From positions 1,152,001 through 1,216,000 of the forward strand of contig CBDCRP010000003.1 in assembly GCA_965221165.1 (NCBI GenBank): a stretch of 64,000 bases of DNA, written 5' to 3'. The stretch comes from a bacterium. Lineage in GTDB: Bacteria; UBA8248. Position numbers and translations under genes: made by a program. The notes beneath the pieces are model-generated. The model searched no databases, had not been told where the DNA came from, and saw only the letters and a list, made by a program, of their open reading frames with translations. Shown here in pieces: positions 1-8,868 of this stretch. Numbering within the stretch: position 1 is the first letter of the stretch; every line of letters starts with the position of its first letter.

Positions 1-467
1 ACCTCCACCACACCTTCGACTTCCCCGCAAATGGCTTCGGCAACTTCTCTCTGTATGCCGAGCAGGGCCGCCATGGCGCCGCCCCGTTCGGGGACGGCCT
101 CGTACATGAAGCGGCCTCTTTTCTTCACCAACTCGACGGAGGTCTGAAAATTGATGGCCCCGGACGCCAGCAGGGCGGAATATTCCCCCAAACTGTGCCC
201 CAAGGCGAGAGAAGGGCCGAAGCCGCACTCGCGCAGCAGGTTGCAGGCGATATGGCTATGAACCAGAATCGCGGGCTGGGTGTGACAAGTGAGCGTCAAC
301 TCCGACTTGGGGCCTTCAAAACTGAGCTTGGTGAGGTCCCATCCCAAAATATCACTCGCCTGTTGATAGGCTTCTCGCGCAAGCGGGTATTCATCATAGA
401 ACTGCTTGCCCATGCCAACATATTGCGAACCTTGGCCTGGAAACAAATACGCAATCTTCACACCCAT
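1..467 (-). CDS. fabD: Malonyl-CoA:ACP transacylase (5' part; runs off window)
   Basis: Manual translation MGVKIAYLFPGQGSQYVGMG...TQPAIL...GHSLGEYSAL; lies downstream of fabH. Confidence 0.95.
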   Translation of the reverse strand, partial: MGVKIAYLFPGQGSQYVGMGKQFYDEYPLAREAYQQASDILGWDLTKLSFEGPKSELTLTCHTQPAILVHSHIACNLLRECGFGPSLALGHSLGEYSALLASGAINFQTSVELVKKRGRFMYEAVPERGGAMAALLGIQREVAEAICGEVEGVVE

Positions 468-572
468 CTCAAAACCCTTGCCAACGGCATGAACGGCGAA
501 GCTTTAATCTATTATGCTCGCGGATAAAACAGGGCGGGGGGTAAAGCAAAATCCTTGCGTGCACTCATATCA

Positions 573-1562
573 TCACTTCCACTCGACCAAAACCGCACCC
601 CAAGTGAGGCCTCCACCGAAAGCAGCCATGAGAACATTATCTCCGCTTCGAACTTTCCCCTCCCTCACCGATTCATCCAGAGCAACCGGGATGGTGGCCG
701 CGGACATATTGCCATATTTGTTAATCGTGACGATCACTTTTTCCATCGACAATTTAAGCCGTTTCGCCACGGCTTCGATAATGCGCAGATTCGCCTGATG
801 GGGGATGAATACATCCACATCATCCAAGGTGAGGCCGCTTCGCTCCAGCGTTTCATTGCATACATCCGAGAAATAGCGTACCGCTGTTTTGAACGTCTCC
901 TGTCCTCTCATTTGCAGCAAATGCTCTTTGTTATGCACATCGTCCGGCGTCATCGGGGCGAATCGTGAACCGCCTCCGGGGACCACAATGAGTTCCCCGG
1001 CTTTCCCGTCGCTATACACCCTGGAATCCATGACGCCTCTGTTTCCATTTTCCGATGCCCCGATTACAACGGCGCCCGCTCCATCTCCCCACAAAACGCA
1101 TGTGCCCCTATCCTCCCAATTGGTCACCCGCGTCATGACGTCGGCGGAAACCAGGAGCACTTTTTTCATCACGCCTGAGCGGATGTATGCATCCGCCGCC
1201 TGAAGGCCATAGACGAATCCCGTGCACGCCGCATTCAAATCAAACGCCGCTGCCCTGTGCGCGCCGATATGAGCCTGGAGCCAGCAAGCGGCCGCCGGGC
1301 ACATCGTATCCGGCGTGAAGGTGGTTACGATGATGAGGTCGATGTCCTCGGCGCACACCTCCGCCGCCTCCAGCGCCTGATTGGCGGCATGTATCGACAG
1401 GTGGGAAGTGGCCTCATCTGCCTTCGCCACACGCCTCTCGCTGATTCCCGTTCGAGCGCGAATCCACTGGTCGCTGGTGTCGACCATCTTTTCCAGATCG
1501 GCATTCGAAAGAACTCTTTCAGGGACATAAGAACCTGTCCCCAAAATGACGGAGTGGGTCAC
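573..1562 (-). CDS. fabH: 3-oxoacyl-ACP synthase III
   Basis: AACTGF, PHQANLRII, YGNMSAA and FGGGLTWG motifs. Confidence 0.97.
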   Translation of the reverse strand: MTHSVILGTGSYVPERVLSNADLEKMVDTSDQWIRARTGISERRVAKADEATSHLSIHAANQALEAAEVCAEDIDLIIVTTFTPDTMCPAAACWLQAHIGAHRAAAFDLNAACTGFVYGLQAADAYIRSGVMKKVLLVSADVMTRVTNWEDRGTCVLWGDGAGAVVIGASENGNRGVMDSRVYSDGKAGELIVVPGGGSRFAPMTPDDVHNKEHLLQMRGQETFKTAVRYFSDVCNETLERSGLTLDDVDVFIPHQANLRIIEAVAKRLKLSMEKVIVTINKYGNMSAATIPVALDESVREGKVRSGDNVLMAAFGGGLTWGAVLVEWK

Positions 1563-1629
1563 AATATGATTCCCTATTCGGGCGAGATTACTGCCAGGGT
1601 GCGATCGTATTCGAAAATCGACTCAGATA

Positions 1630-2742
1630 TCAAGAGGGCTTATTTTCTTCATCGCTACTCTCTTGCTCATCTTCCGTTACCTTTTCGTAGAAAATGCCCG
1701 TTCGTATCTGATTCCATAAACGCCAACCGACATCTCCGCTACGCTGTATGGAGATATGTTTGTCAATCTCTTTTTGTATCTTGGCATTGAGATCCACGTG
1801 GACGATATTCGCCGTTGTCCGGATGGCGTTTTTCACGGCCTTCGCGTTGCTACGGCCATGTCCAATTGTACAAATTCCACCCAAGCCCAGCAATGGCGCG
1901 GCTCCATATTCGGAATAATCGGTTCTTTGGCGCATGGACTTCAGGCCATTCTGCAAAAACATATACCCGATCTTGCTGCGCATCGAACCGATGATTTGCT
2001 CTCTAAGCAGCGTCGTCAGCATTTCACTGAGACTCTCGCTCACCTTCAAGGCCACGTTGCCCGAGAATCCGTCGCACACGATCACGTCCGTGCCGCCCTG
2101 AAAAATAGTGCTCCCCTCGACATTGCCCACAAAATTCAAATCGCTTTTCACAAAAATCTCATGGACCGTCTTGAGCACTTCGGTTCCTTTGGAATCCTCG
2201 CCCCCCACGTTCAACAAGCCCACGGTGGGCGCGGGTTTCTTGAACACCTCCTCGGTATACACGGAACCCATGATCCCGAACTGGAACAAGTGCTGCGCCC
2301 GCGGGCTCAAATTCGCTCCCACGTCCAACATAACGGAAAATCCTTTGAGGGTAGGGATCAAAGCGGCAATGGCGGGCCGCTGAACCCCTCGCATACGCTG
2401 TAAAACCGTCAAACCCGTGGCGAAGGCGCCTCCGGTATCGCCCGCGCTGAATACCGCCTGCGCCTCCCCGTCCTTGACCAACTGAAGAGCGACGCGCATG
2501 GATGAGTCCGGCTTCGACTTCACCGACTTCGTGGGCGATTCGCCCATATCGATAACTTGACTCGCCGCGCGAATGTCAAAGATATCCCCAGAAGCTCCGA
2601 GACGCGCGAGTTCCGCTTCGATTCGCTCCGGCACGCCCACCAGGATGGATTCGATTTCCTCTTCCCGGTGAGCTTCCAACGCCCCTTCTATTACTGCCGA
2701 AGGCGCGTTGTCTCCACCCATGGCATCTATGGCTATTTTCAT
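1630..2742 (-). CDS. plsX: Phosphate acyltransferase PlsX
   Basis: Starts MKIAIDAMGGDNAP; CDGFSGNVALK, GHGRS; start moved to ATG 2742. Confidence 0.96.
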   Translation of the reverse strand: MKIAIDAMGGDNAPSAVIEGALEAHREEEIESILVGVPERIEAELARLGASGDIFDIRAASQVIDMGESPTKSVKSKPDSSMRVALQLVKDGEAQAVFSAGDTGGAFATGLTVLQRMRGVQRPAIAALIPTLKGFSVMLDVGANLSPRAQHLFQFGIMGSVYTEEVFKKPAPTVGLLNVGGEDSKGTEVLKTVHEIFVKSDLNFVGNVEGSTIFQGGTDVIVCDGFSGNVALKVSESLSEMLTTLLREQIIGSMRSKIGYMFLQNGLKSMRQRTDYSEYGAAPLLGLGGICTIGHGRSNAKAVKNAIRTTANIVHVDLNAKIQKEIDKHISIQRSGDVGWRLWNQIRTGIFYEKVTEDEQESSDEENKPS

Positions 2743-2762
2743 CGTCTCTTCCTGCGGTGGTT

Positions 2763-2942
2763 TTATTCCTTCACTTCTAAAACTTTTTGTCCCTTGTAAT
2801 ACCCGCAGACATTGCATACCCGATGGGGCAGCACCGGATTATTGCAGTTCGAACAAACTGCGACTGATGGTTTGGCCACTTTATAATGCGTTCTTCTTTT
2901 GCGGCCTCGCGTCTGCGAGTGCCGACGTTTGGGAAGTCCCAC
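2763..2942 (-). CDS. rpmF: 50S ribosomal protein L32 (Zn-ribbon type), absent from ORF track
   Basis: GTG start after GAAAGGAG; MGLPKRRHSQTRGRKRRTHYKVAKPSVAVCSNCNNPVLPHRVCNVCGYYKGQKVLEVKE; sits between yceD and plsX. Confidence 0.95.
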   Translation of the reverse strand: MGLPKRRHSQTRGRKRRTHYKVAKPSVAVCSNCNNPVLPHRVCNVCGYYKGQKVLEVKE

Positions 2943-3086
2943 AGCACCGTGCTCCTTTCAAGATAATGCGTCAAACACGACCATTTCCCTCGCATGCCTC
3001 TCGGCTTCACGTCCGGAAATGAATCACCATATAGTATCACATATTCCAAATTTCAGATTCATCACACACGAATTACCACAGACTCA

Positions 3087-3623
3087 TCATGCGGAACCTG
3101 GTTGTTTCCAGTCCTTGAGCACCCCCCACCTCGGGTCTGATCCCGCCCCCACGCCGACGGATTCCCCTTCATCGAGTTTCCGGCAGGTTTCAGGCGCTTC
3201 TCCCAAACATTTTTCAGGACATCTGGGCTGTATGGGAATCGCCAGCCCGATTTGATCGCAAACGGGCGTCGTCAGATCTACCGTTTCGCTTTCGATGTAT
3301 GCGACCTCGAGATCATCTTCATTCAGTTCAATTTCACCTTCCGGGCCCAAATCTTGCGGCATCCGGGAAAAATAGACGGCCAAAGGCTCATTGAACGAAA
3401 GCGGAAACTCCGCCAGCCCGAGAGAGCATTCCAACAACACCCGACCACTCAACCGACCCTGGAAACTCACCTGGTGAAGACCCGTTTTCTCCAACCTGCC
3501 GGTGAGCTTTAGACCGGAAGCCCTGAACCAGACTTCCTCCAAATCATCTGTTTCCAAATCCAGAGCGACATCAAGACCATTATCCGGAATTTGGGTGAGA
3601 GGAAATTGAAGTATTTTCCCCAT
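3087..3623 (-). CDS. yceD: DUF177/YceD family protein
   Basis: ECSLGL, DLTTPVCDQIGLAIP, C-terminal DPRWGVLK; canonical position upstream of rpmF. Confidence 0.85.
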   Translation of the reverse strand: MGKILQFPLTQIPDNGLDVALDLETDDLEEVWFRASGLKLTGRLEKTGLHQVSFQGRLSGRVLLECSLGLAEFPLSFNEPLAVYFSRMPQDLGPEGEIELNEDDLEVAYIESETVDLTTPVCDQIGLAIPIQPRCPEKCLGEAPETCRKLDEGESVGVGAGSDPRWGVLKDWKQPGSA

Positions 3624-3714
3624 ATCGATTCCCCAGAGGAAGTGCGCCAACAGATAGGTGCGCTCCCCGGCCATCACGGCGCATAGCGCTCCTATCCACA
3701 ACGCTCAAATTCAA

Positions 3715-3743
3715 AATATAGGCAGGCGGTAAGGCCGTGTCAA
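3715..3743 (-). promoter_or_regulatory. sigma70-like promoter for yceD-rpmF-plsX-fabH-fabD
   Basis: TTGACA (3743-3738), 17 nt, TATATT (3720-3715). Confidence 0.65.
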
Positions 3744-3824
3744 ACAACAACAGTACAAGGATCGACTCGGGGCGTTGCCTATTCCATTGAATTAACGCAC
3801 GTCGCGCAATCGCTCCCGGCAACC

Positions 3825-4775
3825 CTACGGACGCGACTCCAGTAACTCCAGAAGCCGTCCCTCACGAACACCACCGGTTGATATGCCTAACTCCCTCTTT
3901 TGCCCCCACCGCAACAGCGCGCGCGCGACGATGAGGCCGGCGAGCGCTACGTCCTCACGCCCTGACTCTAAGCCGCAAAGCCCACTTCTTTCCTCATAAG
4001 ACATTCCAGCAAACCGATCGACCCATTCCTCAAAAAAAGAGGCCTGCAGCGAGAGGCCATCGACGCCCCCGCCCGGCGGCGCGCCTTCGGTTATAAACCA
4101 GGCCAGCGCCACCACCCCCCCGCATCCGACAAAGGGGCGTTCCGCGAGTGCTACCTCACCAAAATCAATATCCGCCAACATCGCACCCACCGCCTCCGAA
4201 CAGGCCTGCACCTGCTCATCCGGCGTGGGCATTCTTTTCAGGTAACGCTCCGTCAGATACACCACGCCTGCGGGCAAACTCACCATCTCCCGAACCCCAT
4301 CTCCCTCGGCGAGTATTACTTCGAGGCTTCCTCCGCCGACATCGAAGACCAAGGCGCGTTCGGGCCTGGCCTGCTCGCCGGCGAAAACGCCAGCCAGCGC
4401 CAGCCGCGCCTCTTCCTCGGCCGGAATGACCCGCATCGCAATGCCCAGCCGCGAGGCGCGCGCAATGAATACGTCCGCGTTTCGCGCTTCACGCAGCGCG
4501 CTCGTCGCCATGGCATCGGTGAGGTTGACGCGACGCTCCTGAATGATTTGCGCAAATCGCGATAGGCAGGCGAGTCCTCTTTCCATGGCCCTCTCGGAGA
4601 GCATGCCCGTTTCACGAACTCCCTCACCCAGGCGTATCAGTTCACGCCAGCGGCCCCGCGATTCCAGCCTCCCCGCATCATCGAGCGTGGCGAGCGCCAA
4701 GCGGGCTGCGTTCGTGCCCAAATCCACCACCGCGGCAAGTGGAGCCGGGGCAATGATGCGAGATTTTTTAGACAT
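3825..4775 (-). CDS. Ppx/GppA family exopolyphosphatase (single domain)
   Basis: VDLGTNAARL, ATSALREARN, FDVGGGSLE, GGVREG motifs. Confidence 0.88.
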   Translation of the reverse strand: MSKKSRIIAPAPLAAVVDLGTNAARLALATLDDAGRLESRGRWRELIRLGEGVRETGMLSERAMERGLACLSRFAQIIQERRVNLTDAMATSALREARNADVFIARASRLGIAMRVIPAEEEARLALAGVFAGEQARPERALVFDVGGGSLEVILAEGDGVREMVSLPAGVVYLTERYLKRMPTPDEQVQACSEAVGAMLADIDFGEVALAERPFVGCGGVVALAWFITEGAPPGGGVDGLSLQASFFEEWVDRFAGMSYEERSGLCGLESGREDVALAGLIVARALLRWGQKRELGISTGGVREGRLLELLESRP

Positions 4776-4799
4776 TTAAAAGTAGTTTTTCCGGAGTGG

Positions 4800-5309
4800 T
4801 CATGAATTCCTAAAGCGTTCTTTGTTGTTCATGTAAGAAACGGCGGTGTTCTTGAAGCGCGCTCTTTCCTCATCGCTCAAGTCGCGAACATATCTGGCGG
4901 GCGCGCCCAGCCAAAGGGTTCCGGGATCAATCACCTTGTTCTCGGGCACGAGGGCGCCCGCTCCGACGACGGCGCCCTCGCCCACCTTCACGTTGTTCAG
5001 CACTATTGCGCCCATCGCGATAACAGCGCCGTCTCCCACCTCGCACCCATGCACGATGGCCATATGACCCACAGAAACGCCATCGCCCAGTACGCAGTCG
5101 TATTTCCCGCCCTCGATGTGCAGGATCGAGCCATCCTGTATGTTGGTGCGCTTGCCTACGCGGATGGGCATATGATCCCCGCGCAAAACGCAGTTGTACC
5201 AAACGCTGCTGTGCTCGCCGATCTCCACATCGCCAATAACGACGGCAGTCTCCGCCAACCAGGCGGTTTCATGAATTTTAGGCAGCATTCCCTCGAAGGG
5301 AATCAACAT
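4800..5309 (-). CDS. Gamma carbonic anhydrase-like (YrdA/CaiE) hexapeptide protein
   Basis: IGDVEIG, VLRGD, NIQDGSILH, VGHMAIVHGC. Confidence 0.92.
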   Translation of the reverse strand: MLIPFEGMLPKIHETAWLAETAVVIGDVEIGEHSSVWYNCVLRGDHMPIRVGKRTNIQDGSILHIEGGKYDCVLGDGVSVGHMAIVHGCEVGDGAVIAMGAIVLNNVKVGEGAVVGAGALVPENKVIDPGTLWLGAPARYVRDLSDEERARFKNTAVSYMNNKERFRNS

Positions 5310-5338
5310 GGGCGCTTCTCCCTCGTTTCATTTTCAGT

Positions 5339-6880
5339 TCAAAGACGTGGTGTTCGCTTACCCTCGGCACCGAACAAAGGCTCGTGGGCCGCGGGTGAAG
5401 CCTGAGATACCTTCAGCAGGGGCAAGTTGTCAAACATCGTTCGCCGCTCGTCCAGAATCCTTTTGAAAGCCGGCCGCAGCGAACGGGGAAGCGGCATGCC
5501 TTTGGGAAGCTCCGCCTTCAAGGGGTCCAAATGCCGGCCCCGACGGATGATCCTGTAATCGAGGTGGGGGCCGGTAGACAAACCCGTGGAACCCACGTAG
5601 CCGATCACCTGGCCCTGGTGGACCCGCCTGCCCGTGCGAATTCCGCGCGCGTATCGATACAAGTGGAGATAGGCGGTTCTATAACCTCCCCCATGGCGTA
5701 GTTCAACCGTCTTGCCGGCCTGGCGTTTTCGGCTCGCCCGGGTGACGACTCCATCGGCGACCGCATACACGGGCGTACCCCGGGGTGCGGCATAGTCTAC
5801 GCCGAGGTGGGGGCGGTAGCGCTTGAGCAGGGGATGGAAGCGCCTCCACGAGAAACGCGAGCTGATCCGCGTATAGCGCAGCGGAGATCGCAAAAATGCG
5901 CGCCTCAAGGATTCGCCCTCGAAGTTATAATACGTGCCGCCTGCGTGCTCGAAATACACGGCGGTGTGTCGCCTCCTCCCCACGATGAACTCAGCCGCCA
6001 GAATCTTCTCGTAGCCGGCGAATTCCCCTTCGAAGCGCTTTCTCTCAACCAGGACTTCCACTTGGTCTCCGGTTTGTAAATCCTTATGAAAATCAATGAC
6101 ATACGCAAAAATATCGCTCAGCCTATTCGCGAGGACAGGAGCCCCCCCGCCATCGGAAATGGCCTGATGCAAGGAACTGTCGATGCGGGATTGAATGCGC
6201 ACGACATCTATGGAATAGGGTATGGCCTCTTTCGTGGCTTTCAACGCGCCGTTCGGCGTTCGCGCGATTCTGAGCCGATTTGTATTGTCGAGTTGAAGAA
6301 CGAATTCACGAAATTCGCCATCCTTTTTTTTTACCTCATATCGGCGACCCGCCCGAACACGCGAAAAAATACGTTTTTCACGGACGCTCTCCAAAACTTC
6401 CTGAATCTCAGAGCGCCTCACACCATGGGTTTTTAGCACGCCGATGACGGTGTCCGCTTTCGAGAATTTGCCCGCTTTCGTCGTGAATTCCTCCTCTTTC
6501 AGCGGGCTCTCGACCGGCGCGCTCACAACCGGTGGTCTCTCGACTCGGGGGCTCTCGACCGGCGCGCTATCGACTGGCGGGCTCTTGAGGGTTTTCTTCA
6601 AAGGATTTTCTTTGGGCTTCTCGCGCGCCTGATTCCGAGGTGCCCGGGCGAGTTCGTGCTGCGTCGTATTCTTGCGCGCCTTTTCGGCTTCACGCGCATC
6701 CGGTCGCGCAACGTAGTTATCAGATGGGTCGGGAGAAATATATACGGAAGAACCAACGCCCGAGAACACGCCAAAGCCGAGCGCCAACGACACGCCAACT
6801 ACCCAGAACTTTACGGGACTCCCGGCAGATTTTAATTCGGAAATAAATTGCCTGGCGAAGCGCTCTAGCTTCCTGCGCAT
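5339..6880 (-). CDS. M23 family peptidoglycan endopeptidase (MepM-like) with N-terminal membrane anchor
   Basis: HLGVDYAAPRGTP, YLHL, STGPHLDY; hydrophobic segment near N-terminus; start probably ATG 6880. Confidence 0.9.
   Translation of the reverse strand: MRRKLERFARQFISELKSAGSPVKFWVVGVSLALGFGVFSGVGSSVYISPDPSDNYVARPDAREAEKARKNTTQHELARAPRNQAREKPKENPLKKTLKSPPVDSAPVESPRVERPPVVSAPVESPLKEEEFTTKAGKFSKADTVIGVLKTHGVRRSEIQEVLESVREKRIFSRVRAGRRYEVKKKDGEFREFVLQLDNTNRLRIARTPNGALKATKEAIPYSIDVVRIQSRIDSSLHQAISDGGGAPVLANRLSDIFAYVIDFHKDLQTGDQVEVLVERKRFEGEFAGYEKILAAEFIVGRRRHTAVYFEHAGGTYYNFEGESLRRAFLRSPLRYTRISSRFSWRRFHPLLKRYRPHLGVDYAAPRGTPVYAVADGVVTRASRKRQAGKTVELRHGGGYRTAYLHLYRYARGIRTGRRVHQGQVIGYVGSTGLSTGPHLDYRIIRRGRHLDPLKAELPKGMPLPRSLRPAFKRILDERRTMFDNLPLLKVSQASPAAHEPLFGAEGKRTPRL
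6501..6586 (-). repeat. Degenerate 15-nt tandem repeat encoding a Pro-rich linker in the M23 gene
   Basis: Encodes SPPVD-SAPVE-SPRVE-RPPVV-SAPVE-SP. Confidence 0.7.
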
Positions 6881-7258
6881 CGAAATTCCTTTCGAAATAC
6901 CGGGCGGATATCCCGTAAAGCAGGCAAGTCCAGCAAAAACTGCATCTTCCAATGGCGATGCCATTTTAACAGAGCTTCCCGATTTTTCAAATTTCCATAC
7001 CAAGCGCGGCCGCAGAAAATAGAATTCTCCCGGCGCGTTCATCGTTCACCATTTTTCGTATACCGGATATTCCCAAAAAGTGGGCCTTTTCAAAATATAC
7101 GCCGCCTCCACGCAGTTGCCCGCATTTGCGGGGCGAACGCGCCGCTCCATTTCCATATATTCCACGGCCCCGGCCCCTCCTGCGCCGGAGCGATGGCCGA
7201 GACGCGCCGCAAGCAAACGCTTCCTCTCGATGTGGGAGCCCTCATCCAGGAGAGTGAA

Positions 7259-8338
7259 ATGGGGCATCGCTTCATGTATCAAAATCTCATCGATGACGAG
7301 ACGGCCATCACCGCCACTTCGGTGGAAACGGGTTTCGTCGGCGCGGGCGTGCCACGCGTCGCCAACGCGGGCGGCTCGATGATATTCTCGGGCGCCTACG
7401 CCGGAGACGACAGGGAAGTCTACTCCGTGGAAATCGACGCCCCGGGTGATGTGGGAAGCGCTCGTTTCAAGTGGCGCAAGACCTCGACTTCGGCGGGTGG
7501 CTGGGAAGCCTCGAACATCCCCACCGCACTGAAAGACGTCGCCCTCGATGCAGGTGTGAAGGTCCGCTTCGCGGATGGAGCGAATTCACCCGCTTTCGCT
7601 TTGGGAGATCGTTGGCAGGCCACGGCGAATCGCTTTCACTCGCCAAGAAGAACCTACGATCTGGACCCCGGCACGAGGATGAGGAGCGCCTCCCCTCCCG
7701 AAGACCCCTGGTCGCTTGCCCTTGATTTCGGCGAGGAGAAATCTCCCGACGTATTCATCGCCCACCTCCACAACTTCACGCCAGAAACAAGTCTCAAGAT
7801 TCAGGCGAACTCAACTGCCGACTGGCGCGCGCCCGCGCTCGAGGAAGCGCTCGCCTGGAGAAGCCCCACGCTCGTCCATTATCTCACCACCACGCCCCGC
7901 CCGTATCGCTACTGGCGGCTTCTGGCGGAAGGCGGCGGCGCCAACCCGGATGCTTATCTGGAAATCTCGGAAATATATTTAGGCGGCTTTTTTGAGCCTG
8001 CCGATCATTTCTGGTTCGGAAACGTGGTGGGAGAAGAATCCTTCGAGGAAACAGGCCGCGCGGAGAACAGGGCGGACCGTCTGGTGCTCCTGAACCGCGC
8101 TCGCACGGCCACCCTCCCCTATCAGCGCATCTCCGGTGAGCAGCGCGGCGAATTCCTCGCCATGTACCGGGCGGTGAAGGACATTCAGGCAGGGCGGGCC
8201 AAACCGCTATTCGTTCATCTGGACGTGGATGACCCCGCCTCGCTCATTCTCGCCAACCTCATGGGCGATTTTTTGCCGCGCCAGACGGGGCCGGATGATT
8301 TCTCCTTCGAGCTTCAGCTCAAGGAGAGACTCTCATGA
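7259..8338 (+). CDS. Phage distal-tail (Dit)-like protein with inserted beta-sandwich/discoidin-like domains
   Basis: CAGGAG RBS then ATG 7259; YRYWRL...NPDAYLEISEIYLG motif recalled from siphophage tail-tip proteins; first gene of tail cluster. Confidence 0.6.
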   Translation: MGHRFMYQNLIDDETAITATSVETGFVGAGVPRVANAGGSMIFSGAYAGDDREVYSVEIDAPGDVGSARFKWRKTSTSAGGWEASNIPTALKDVALDAGVKVRFADGANSPAFALGDRWQATANRFHSPRRTYDLDPGTRMRSASPPEDPWSLALDFGEEKSPDVFIAHLHNFTPETSLKIQANSTADWRAPALEEALAWRSPTLVHYLTTTPRPYRYWRLLAEGGGANPDAYLEISEIYLGGFFEPADHFWFGNVVGEESFEETGRAENRADRLVLLNRARTATLPYQRISGEQRGEFLAMYRAVKDIQAGRAKPLFVHLDVDDPASLILANLMGDFLPRQTGPDDFSFELQLKERLS

Positions 8339-8868
8339 GACGGGCCACGGACCATGCCATCGCGGATATCGCCGAACATGCGGGCAAAAACGCTTTCGTC
8401 ATCTATCACCTCTCCACCGCCGGCGGAAAGCGCGTGTTTTGCGGAAAGCAGGTACCCGATTCGCTGATCGGGCAAGGCGGAAAAATCTACTTCCTCGATG
8501 GCGCCCGGATTCTCGACGGCTCACTCCTGCTGGGAGAAGGAGCCGAAGTGCTCCTCGGCGCTCATGATTGGATAGAGGATGGCGGACGCTTCTCCCTCGG
8601 CGCGTTTCAGGGCCCCTCCGCTCTCGAAGCATTCAGGCAAAAAGAACTCTCCGGCCTTACGATATTCATCAACAACAACTCCGATATGGACGGCCACCCG
8701 CGTATGAGCCGCATCCTCGCGACGGAACCGCTCGTGGGCGGGAGGGTGGACGTCCGCGTCGGGTTTTCGGGGCAAACCATAGCCGATGTTCTTTCGATCG
8801 CGAGTTTCACGGTTCGCCGAATCATCGAGCGCATCGACCTGGTCACGATTGAATGCGAGGGAAACTAG
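8335..8868 (+). CDS. Phage tail-tip protein, resembling the N-terminal part of a baseplate hub
   Basis: ATGA overlap with upstream gene; LTIFINN...LVGGRVDVRVG pattern; in frame with next ORF. Confidence 0.5.
   Translation: MRRATDHAIADIAEHAGKNAFVIYHLSTAGGKRVFCGKQVPDSLIGQGGKIYFLDGARILDGSLLLGEGAEVLLGAHDWIEDGGRFSLGAFQGPSALEAFRQKELSGLTIFINNNSDMDGHPRMSRILATEPLVGGRVDVRVGFSGQTIADVLSIASFTVRRIIERIDLVTIECEGN

Noticed and set aside
2777-3049. 90-aa ORF in the track between yceD and plsX
   Set aside because: Wrong frame; the real gene is rpmF at 2763-2942.
5339-6880. M23 peptidase as the lysin of the tail module
   Set aside because: It has the standard host MepM-like architecture with a membrane anchor and is co-oriented with housekeeping genes; adjacency alone is insufficient.
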